Below the pieces are notes generated by a model that saw nothing but the letters and a program-made list of their open reading frames with translations, was not told the DNA's origin and did not search any database. DNA of 64,000 bases from Eledone cirrhosa (lineage: Eukaryota). Shown here piece after piece: positions 54,001-64,000 of the stretch; position 1 is the stretch's first letter; each line of letters begins with the position of its first letter. Both the position numbers and the translations under genes were made by a program. The DNA lies in the NCBI GenBank assembly GCA_964016885.1, contig OZ024747.1:83576001-83640000 (forward strand), given 5' to 3'.

Positions 54001-54549
54001 AATGGAGAACCTTTTGTTTCAAAGGAGCTAAGGCAGGTTTGGGTGGGTTGGGCATATGGCATACACTGTATTTAAATTAATTAAGGAATAATTTGGAAGG
54101 GTTTGTTAAAATTATTAATTAGTTAATTACTAAGACAGTGGGTTCTTATATAAAATCAATGTTGGAAGATTTTGGTTTAAATAGGAACCTTTTGAAATGG
54201 GGGGTTATTTTGTTTCATTGAACCAGAGTTGCTTTTATCTAGGTTGGTACAAAAAGGGTTTTAGACATTTTCAAGACATTTGGAGGAGGGGGTTAGAGAG
54301 AATACTTTCACCAGAATATTTCCTATTTAACCAATCAATTCATTTATCTTTTGTTAAAAACATTTTTTTCAATAAAAAAAAAATCGTAAAAATAACATTA
54401 TTTGGTAGAGAAGTTCCTTTTAAAATATATTCTTTTTGTTTTCTTTTTTATTTTAATATTGTCTTTGTAACTGTTTAGTTTGCTTTATTTTTTTCTCTTA
54501 CTTGTCTTTCTCCACACAACACACAGAAGCATTCACATTCATGTGTCCA

Positions 54550-54611
<62 letters not shown>

Positions 54612-55053
54612 GTGTGTTCACTTGCTCATTCATTCATCTCTCCCTCATATACTCACACAACCCATATGCTTATATACATATATACCACCACATACACACA
54701 AATACATACTCATACACTTATACTATCACATATAAACAGTTTAAGATCTCTCTCTCTCTCCACTCACATGTATGCAGGCTTACTACCACATTCACTAATT
54801 CACTAATATGCACACACACACACACAACACACACTCATTCTCTCTCAGTCAACCTCTACCTGTCTATCTACCTCTCTGTTGTCTGTGTGTCTATCTAGCT
54901 CTCTGTCTAGCTGTCTATCTATCTATCTGCCTATCTCTCTCTCAACTGCTTTCTCAACTTTTTTTAAAGAAAATTAATGTCTTGGTTAACCTGCCTCTGT
55001 TATATATATATATATATGTATATCATACATACATACATACATACATACATACA

Positions 55054-55088
<35 letters not shown>

Positions 55089-55438
55089 TTAAGAGTTAAA
55101 CAAGATTCAATGAGTACATCAAAGAATGAGTTTTACAATAGATTGGAAGCACTCTACAAGCCATATTTTCCAGAGTTATTAATATTAATTCCAAATATTA
55201 ACAAAACAGATATTCTTGTGATCAATTAAATTTTATTATACATATTTCAGAAGTACTGAATTAAGTTCAACAGTATGTCCTCATCAGATAAAATAAAATG
55301 ATACATGACATACCCTGACATGGTAGATGGTTAAGATTTAATCAAGGTAGTGATTAACTTATGTGAAAACTCAATATTTATACTCTAATATTGAGAACAT
55401 GAGAGAACGTAATGCAATCAATAGAGAGGGTGTGAGAG

Positions 55439-55478
<40 letters not shown>

Positions 55479-55559
55479 CTATTGGGTTTCTGGACTCTTT
55501 AAATTGTGTGTTTGTATGTATGTGATGGTATGTGTATGTGTGTGCTTGTTTGTGAATGT

Positions 55560-55956
55560 ATGTAAGTTTGTATAAGTGAATGTTTGTGCCTCTGTAAGTG
55601 TGTATGTGTCTGTGTGCCTCTGTAAGTATTATGTGCTTCTGTGAGTGTATGAGCCTGTGTGTAAGTGTGTATATGCCTGTGTGCCTGTGTGTATATGCCT
55701 ATGTGAGTGTGTATATGTGTGTCTCTGTGTGAGTGTGTATATGCCTGTGTGCTTCTGTGAGTGTGTCTCTGTGTGAGTGTGTATATGCTTGTGTGAGTGT
55801 ATATATGCCTATGTGCCTTTGTGAGTGTGTATATGCTTGTGTGCCTGTATGTAAGTCTGTATGTGCCTGTGTGGTGTGTGTGTACCTCTGTGAGTGTGTA
55901 TATGCCTGTGTGTCTCTGTGTAAGTGTGTATATGCCTGTGTGTGAGTGTGTGTGTA
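55560..55956. repeat. TG-rich minisatellite (gtgtatatgcctgtgt...ctgtgag units)
   Basis: Directly visible imperfect tandem units. Confidence 0.85.
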
Positions 55957-56084
55957 TGAAACCATCTGATTGGCCCCTGCAATTTGATTTGTTCTAGGCA
56001 GCTGGCCAGAAGCATGCCTCTGCTATTTATATCTCTACTGATTAATGTTTGCCACATGTATCCAATGAAAAGTTGGGGGATGCC

Positions 56085-56498
56085 TGCTTCACTGCTACTA
56101 CTGCAACTGACTGCTGCTGTTGCTGCTACTGCTGTGTTGCTTCTGATGAACATGATGATGATGATGATGATGGTAGTGGTGGTGGTGATCCCTGCTACTG
56201 ATAATGATGCTGATGCCTGCTGTTGCTGATGAGACTGAAGAGGCCTGTTTTGCTGTTGCTGATGGTGGTGCCGGTTTTACTGCTGGTGCCATCCTTTCTA
56301 CTTGCTGATGTTAATGATGATGATGATGCCTGGTTTGCTACTGGTGATGATGGTGATGTGATGATGGGGTTGATAGTGATAGTGGTAGTGGTAGTGGTGA
56401 TGGTGGTGGTGGTTTCTTTCCTCCTCCAATACCAAAACAAATAGATGGCAGTTCCCTCACACTCCTTGTTATGTTCTCTTGACACTCCTCACAGCTTC

Positions 56499-56552
<54 letters not shown>
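56085..56552. repeat. (GCT/GAT/GGT)n low-complexity tract followed by (GT)n(GA)n
   Basis: Directly visible. Confidence 0.85.
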
Positions 56553-56557
<5 letters not shown>

Positions 56558-57933
56558 AGAAAGAGAATAGGAGAAAGAGAATAGGAGGTGGGATTGGTTT
56601 ATAGAAGAGGTGGATGGGGGTGTTATCAACACAGATTAAGGCCAGCTAGTATATACATTCCTGTTGAAATGCTCAGTGTGAGCAGACACAGAGAGCAAAG
56701 CAGCTCTGTAGTGGCTCCTGTAGTGGTCTAGAAGAAGCTAGACAGAAAGCTGTCCATGGTCTGTCTCTCACACACATTCACACACATACATACACACACT
56801 AAACTATCTATCTATATATATATATATATATACGCTGAAATACACGCACACAGCTCACAACTTATCTTCTTTCTTATACTACTTGGGGATGCCTTGTTTT
56901 GCTTATCTTTTACAACTGCTTGTAATTGACAACATTACAATAATTATTTATTCCCAGTGCCTTTGAAAAAACAGCGACAAAACTAAATCCTATATATTTA
57001 TATTTCCTTTCCTACACTTAAAGCTTTCAACTTTAAAACAAGAAATTAAACTGATATATTTTTAAACGTGTTAAAATTATATATATATATATATTCATAA
57101 ACATATTCAGTGCACCAGCCTAGCATGTTGTATGCACTTCCTTCTAAGTTTGGGTAATTACATGAATTGCAACAGGGGTTTTTGTGTGTTTTTGTTTAAT
57201 TGGCGAATAGAATTTATCTATCTAATTACACTAATGTTGATGATGCTGATGGAAAGTTACTATTATTGAACTGTATACTGTGTTTGGGTCCAGAAACCAA
57301 TTCTTCTTTTCATACATATACCACAGAATACAAATATTAACCTGATACTCGATAGAAATTACTCTGGACTATCCTGGCAAATATCTACCACAACCCCTAA
57401 CTACAATCACCCCTGGAGAAAATTTTTTTCTGACCAGTAACCAAGTAGTTCAACCAAACTTGCATATTTATCCAGCCAGTTTGTGATTCCAACCAGCCAA
57501 CTACTACATGCTACTATCCATCAGTCTGCTTATTTGAAGACAAAAAAAAAAAAAAAAAAAGAAAGAAAACAGCCTTGTTTCATATATTTATATTTATTTT
57601 TCTCTGTGGTCAACCCCCACCCATCCCCCTCCGTATATATATATTTAAAAGACAATAACAAAAAACCCACACAATGTCCACTAATCTCTTTTGCAGTTTA
57701 TATTCATTGTTATTCTTATTTTTATTATTTTCCTTGACCAATACACACTGCTAAGTTATGGAACTCAGCAATATGATTAGCTGTTTTTCTCTAACTTACA
57801 ACTGGCCATATATTTTGGTCAAACAATTTTAACAGTTTAACACATTCAGACAACTTTTTTTTTTTACCTGTGATTTATTTATATATTTATAAATATATAA
57901 TATATTTAAAAAACCAAACAAAAAACTATCGTG

Positions 57934-57970
57934 ATGGCTTGCCTTGTTCAGAAATCCACTTCTGGAGTGG
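57934..57970 (+). CDS. Candidate short first coding exon (MACLVQKSTSGV, phase-1 intron)
   Basis: gtgATGG Kozak-like start after an A-rich leader, 37 nt of GC-richer open frame, consensus donor G|GTAAGT at 57971, and ~1.3 kb of upstream sequence with no recognised transposon. Product not recognised. Confidence 0.45.
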
Positions 57971-60900
57971 GTAAGTTTTTGTGTCTGTTATATTGTGTAA
58001 GTGATTTGTAAACATTTAGCTTTCTCTGGTAAGTTAAATATTCTTTTACTTAGTTAAACATGACTTCTTTCATTACCATATAACTAACTTTATCATTATT
58101 AAGCTGCTGTTTGGAACATAACTAAACAAAGGTTCAGTTATGATGGAAAGCTTTTAGATAAATATAAACACTTTAACCCTTTTGTGATCATTTCTGAAAG
58201 ACACTGTCTGTGTTTCAAATCATTTTGAATGTCCACCGGGGCCATGAGGTGGCTAGCTCATGGGCCCACATTTGCTCATAATAGTGAGAGATGGAGAGAG
58301 TGGGAGGCAGTAGGAGTTTGGTTCCTTTGTGTTCGGACCTGGTGTATATGTATATATACACTCATATTAATATAATAAAATATCAATAATTGTTGGGAAG
58401 TGAGATTTAGCAATATAACTTTCTCGTTATTAAGCTAGTGTTTGGCACATTACTTAAAAGTTCTTACATGAAATTACGATGGAAAGTTAGGTTTTTAGAT
58501 AATTTTATACACTTTAAAATAAACAGTTTTGTATAGTAAGGCCAGGAGTAGTTACAGCTGGTTTGATATCAAAAGGGTTGAAGGGAAGTGGAGAAGTTGA
58601 AGGAAGCTAAAAGAAAAACTTAAAATAAATAAAAAATTCAAGAAACTGATTAAAAAAGTGTTTGGCAAAGACTATATTTAATAGGGTAATGTATAGTAAT
58701 GATTGAATTAACCTAAATTGTAATATGTTGGATTGGCAGAATTGGTAGAGCACTGGACCATTGTGGTATTTGTTCTGGTCTATTATGAGTTCAAATAGCA
58801 GTGATGTCGACTTAGCCGTTCATCCTCCTATTCCCTTTAAATAGGCTGGCCTTTTGCCTAAATTAAAAATCAATATTTTACTAATAATTTTACCAGCCTT
58901 CCATGAAATTAAAATTAAAATTGGGTCTACACAGTGTGATCATGAAAGTATTATTGGGACCACAATATGTTTTTTTCTTGGCCTCTTTACACAGCTGATT
59001 TTGAAGAGAGAGAAGTGGGGGGCAATTGACTCCAGTGCTTGACTGGTACTTCATTTATCAAACCCAAAATAATAAAAGGTATTGTTGGCCTTAGCAGGAT
59101 TTGAACTCAGAGTGTAGAGAGTTGGAATGAATATCACAAAAGCATTCAATCTGACACCTTCATCATTCTGCCAAATTGCCACAATGTAAAGCATTAATCA
59201 TTTGTGACTGTATTTTTTAATGATCACACCCTGTTTCAATTAATTAATGTAGAATTTTGAGGGATTTACTGAAATTGTTTATTCTTTCATTACTAAGATA
59301 GTAACATAACATATGGTTCTTATGTTGGATGGTTTAAATTCAATTAGGAGCCCTTTAAAATAACTGGTTTTGTTTCATAGAATCTGAACCAGTTTTAGCC
59401 ATGTTTTTATCAAAATGGTTAAACCTGACTATCTGTCAGTATTTGTTGACCATATCCACTGCGCCTGTCTACACCCAATGTCCAGTGAAAAACATATACT
59501 TGAATTTAGTTTCTTTATTGTGTGGTTGAGGTGGGGAAAGCTACAAACTTTGTGTAAAGTACCATGTTACTTTTGAGTTGTTTTGTTGAGGTGGGGTATA
59601 TTATTACTCTGTATTCCTTTCATCAGCTGACAGAATAGATTAAATTACATTTCTCTGTCCACACACACACAGATTGAAAGATGTGTATATGCACACACTT
59701 TGTATACTACATACTATCATCATAAGCACGCAGTACCATTGTTGCTAGATGTAGTAACTTTTACAACAGAAGTTTTCCATCTATAAATTATTTCTTTACT
59801 GCTATATATTATAGCTTTCACATAAGAATGTCTACCATAGTTCTACAAAATATTCTCTGCTGCTATAATCTGCAGTAAACCAATTCCCACAAACTCTCAC
59901 ACACAAATATTTATGCTAGAATTCAGCATATGTTTGAAGGTTTAGAGTAAAATTAAGGTAGATACTACAGTCTTTGAATTAGAAGCCATAACTAAGGCTG
60001 CTCATTCAAAACCAGTAATTATATCAACCTTAAGATTACCCTACACCTTCATATGTATCATATATTAGTATTACCATTATTATTCATACAAACATTTATC
60101 TTTTTATTGTGGTAGTTGGTCATATTTATTTCCCATTATTGTTTAACCTCTTTGTGACCATATTCCTAATGAAACACATTACCAATAATTATTAATTATT
60201 TCGTTATTAAGATGGTATTTGTAACATAATTTAGAAAGTTCTTATACCAAATTATGGTAGATTTTAATATAAATAAGAACCCTTTAAAATGGCTGGTTGT
60301 GCTTTATAGAAACAAGGGTGGTTTAGGGGTAAGTTAGTAATCAGAAGGGTTAATGAATGCAACTGTTAGAAGAAAACTTTTAAATGTTCTACTTTTTCTA
60401 AGTAGGAAAGTAAAGCAAAAGATGTTACCCCTTTTGTGACCATATTTTTAACACGAGTATATTGCCTTTATGTTCTAATTATTGAAGTAATCAGGAATTA
60501 TGGTAGGTTGAGTGCTAATTACCAATTTCTAACTTAATAATAAAGGGCAAATATATAATTACTGAAATCTAATATTACTTATCATGTAATAATGGTTTCT
60601 ACTTATGGCACAAGGTCAGCAATTATCCCCAATGCATTACTGGTGCTTTATTTTATCAACCCCGTAAAGATGAAAGACAAAGTTAACCCCGGCAGGATTT
60701 GAACTCAGAACGTAAAGGGCATTAACTCTATGCTGCAAAGCATGGTATCTGACGCTCTACCGATACTGTCAATCCACCGCCTTCTATCTATCCTGTAATA
60801 ATGGTCTCTGATTTAGGACCAGGTCAGCAAATTTTGGGGAAGGGTAAATTGATTAAATAAACCATCGTCGTTTAACATCCATCTTCCCATGCTAGCGTGG

Positions 60901-61417
60901 AAGATGGACGTTAAACGAAGATGATGATGAAACCCCAGTACTGGAATAGTACTTTATATAATTCATTTATTTAGTCACTAGAAACGAAAAAGACATATAT
61001 ACATGTATATTTTATATCAAAATAAATGATGTACATAAAATTACATAATAGCAAAATTGACATTTCCCCCCAAACAAATATGATGACAGATGAAAAGAAA
61101 ATTGACCCTGGCAGGATTTGAACCCTAAACTCTAAATATCTGTGATGTAATAATTAGATTTCAGGCCAAGGGTTGGTGGTGATAGCATTACATCAGTGTT
61201 TCTTTTCATTAAAAGTTCATTTTAGAATTAACCCTTTAGCATTTAAACCAGCTGTATCTGGCCAGAATTCTCTCACCTCTTTCTATTCAAACAGCCGTAA
61301 TGGTCACTCATACTGATGTTAAGGTATTGTTCTCAAAATAAATAATACCAACATCTCATAGATTTGATATTATGTAAGATAAAGCCTTTACTCTGAAAAT
61401 ACAATAGTAAATATAAT

Positions 61418-61580
61418 TGTTTCTACTTTTGGCACAAGGCCAGAAAATACCCAGTACATTACTGGTACTTTATTTTATCGACCCCGTAAGGATGAAAGGC
61501 AAAGTTAACCTCGGCGGGATTTAAACTCAGATTGTAAAGAGGCGTAACTATGCTGGAAAGCATGGCGTCCGACACTACCG
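61418..61580 (-). mobile_element. SINE family A inserted in family 2 MITE
   Basis: 14-bp TSD ATAGTAAATATAAT (61404-61417, 61581-61594). Confidence 0.85.
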
Positions 61581-62315
61581 ATAGTAAATATAATGTAATT
61601 ACTAAAGGGTTAAATTTAAAAACATTAGAATTATAAAGCTGTTGCTTTCACTACCACCACTGATGAATTATTTTCCTCAAGGGTCACTATGCATCAAAAT
61701 TTATCATTTTTGCTGGTAACATACTTAGCTTCAGCACTACTTACCTCTACCTCATCTTTTCATATAAGAGTTTATTGGTAAGTTAATCATGATTTAGATA
61801 GATGAAAGAGTGTGGTTGGAAGTAAGTAGGATAATTGCTAAAATGTTTTAATTTCAAGTGTGTGATTTATTATGAATGAGAAGTTGATGTTAGGTTCAGC
61901 TAATTTGTTAAAGTAATTAAATTAATTTCAAGACACTTTGTTGCTGCTGAACATAAAAGTAGATGCTGTGTTCCTAAAATATTTTTCCTTTTTAACCATT
62001 TCGTTACCATATGAATGACATTAACTATAATTTTCAAATGATTTTGAAAATAATCAAAACTTTGGGGGTATTTAATAATATAAGTTTCTTATTATTAAGC
62101 TGATGTTTTCCTAAAATTATGATGGAAGGGTTTTAGATAAATATAAGCATTTAAAAATAAGCAGCTTTATAATTATAGAACCCAGGACAGTTTGGTATCA
62201 AAAGGGTTAAGTAACATGAATGCTTTTTGAGATAAAGAATGTTCAGATTCTTGATAAATTTTGTTCGTTTAATAAATATATACTATATAAATGATGATGT
62301 GTATGAATTAATATA

Positions 62316-63062
62316 CAAAGTATGGTAGAAAGGAAACAGGACTGTGGCTGAACAAAATAATAATAAATAAATAAAATTAAATAAAAAAAAATATATTCAA
62401 ATCCAAACTGTAAACTACAAGTTTTCTCCTTCAAAATAATCCCTTTCGAGGTTAACACACTTTCCCATTCTTCTCTGCCACACCTCCATTCACTCCTGGA
62501 AGGATTCTTTGTAGCTCTGTCGTCACAGCCCCTCGTGATGGCTCAGGTACTTGGTCTCCAGGTCGTACTTGAAGATCCACCTGTGATAATCTTCCAAATG
62601 CTGTCACAGTTCATGTTCAGCTCATTTGTGATCAGTTGAATAATCAGCTGATAATCGCCAAATACCACCTATGTATTCAATGTTGGCCTCAGTCCTGCTA
62701 GTTGAAGGCCTTCTGCTCCTCGGGTCATCTTTGAACCTTTTGTGCCACTCGAAAACCTATGAGTATGACATCGTCTCATCTCAGTACACTTGCTTCAGTA
62801 TTCCAAGTGCTTCTGGTGGAGTGTTTCCAAGCCGGACAAGAAACCACAGGCTGGTTCCTTGCTCTATGCCTATCGTTCGTTGGCCTAAAATTGAGGAGCT
62901 CTTAACAACCACATGCGTAAAACATACAATGGCTGCAGAGAGCGAGATCACAGTTATATACTCCCCGGATATTATGTCACACAGTGACACAGCCCGCTAA
63001 TCCCTACCCCACTCATAACTCACACAGCACACTAAGTCCTGTTACTTTTCTGATACGCCTCG
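62316..63062 (-). mobile_element. Internally deleted mariner element
   Basis: TA-flanked degenerate TIRs (cgaggcgtatcagaaaagtaacaggact vs caaagtatggtagaaaggaaacaggact), N-terminal HTH remnant (LGNTPPEA..VFEWHKRFKDDPRSRRPSTS) and C-terminal WEKCVNLERDYFEGE. Confidence 0.85.
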
Positions 63063-64000
63063 TATATATATACGCATGTGTGTGTGTGTGTATGTGCATG
63101 AGTGTGTAAAATTAAGGGTGGATTCCTGATTGGGATTGGGGAATGACAGTTAAAAAAGGTACTCAATATGTATAGGCATTGTTATTTCATATAGACATAA
63201 GACATAATATATCCTCCTATGTCCTTTGTATAACACCAGATAGCTATTGCTTTATGGTCTTGGTGTACAGAATTGTGAATGTGTTTCTCAAGAAGTTGAG
63301 ATGGAAAATGCATAAATACTTGTTACAGAGTCCGTAGAAAGTTGAGTCACTTGTGTGTTGTATAATTATTGCAATAGTGATATGGGGTGGGTCATTTTTT
63401 TTTTTTTTTCCTTTTCTTTACTGACATCAGTCATTGGACTGTAACTATGCTAGGCCAATACCTTTGTCTCTTTCACTACTGTATTACTAATGAAAGACAT
63501 TGCCTATGATTTTCAAATAATTTTGAAAATAATCAAAATTTTGGAGGGATTTAGTGAAGTAATTTACTTTCTTATTGTCATAACTTAAAGGGTCTTATGA
63601 TGAAAGGCTTTTAGATAAATATAAGCATTTAAAAATAGTTTTGTATAATAGACCCATTTGGTATCAAAAGGGTTATATGATCCTTCTACATCTCTAACAT
63701 ATAAAAAACAAACAAACAAGAGTAGAAAAACAACACCACCACCATCAACAAACTTTACTGCTACAAAAATGTTACTTAAACTGAACTAAGAAATTAATTT
63801 ACTTTGAATCTATCAGTAATGTTTTGAATTGTAGTGTGTATTACTAGCAGTTGGCTTGTATTCTGTTGTTTGTTTTTATTTCCCAGCTGATGTGTGTGTA
63901 TAATATTCAGTTTAGAATAGGTACACTGTATTCCTGCATGTCATAGGAAGAGGTTAAATGGATTGGTGCCAGGAAGGGCATCTGGCTTAAAAAGTTCTAT

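Noticed and set aside
55984-56485. Poly-His/Ser/Thr and poly-Met/Val ORFs
   Set aside because: Trinucleotide low-complexity sequence with no recognisable domain.

Overview
AT-rich eukaryotic DNA with no long host coding exon. The repeat families (CORE- and Meta-type tRNA-derived SINEs, RTE LINEs with (GAT)n tails, dense TA/CA microsatellites) suggest an octopus/coleoid cephalopod; this is inferred from repeat style, not from a search. The only substantial protein-coding sequence belongs to mobile elements: two 5'-truncated RTE-clade LINEs on the minus strand (one decayed, ~21342-24300; one with an uninterrupted RT frame, ~38034-39568), several LINE fragments, and mariner/Tc1 relics. Also present are two non-autonomous Helitrons, many TTAA-flanked piggyBac-type MITEs, a hAT MITE and Penelope-like end fragments. 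The window may be a long intron of a plus-strand gene. The most interesting signals are: (1) a candidate recursive splice site at 10936-10943 (branch point, ~170-nt AG-free zone, CAG|GTAAGT); (2) a C4HC3 PHD-like finger inserted inside the RT domain of both LINEs; (3) a minimal hammerhead ribozyme at ~327-366 on the minus strand and a degenerate one near 40049; (4) a perfect 247-bp inverted repeat at 40263-40834; (5) a candidate short first coding exon at 57934-57970; (6) a four-element nested transposon stack at 47725-49304. Most ORFs in the supplied track are microsatellite or antisense artefacts. All coordinates were read by eye.
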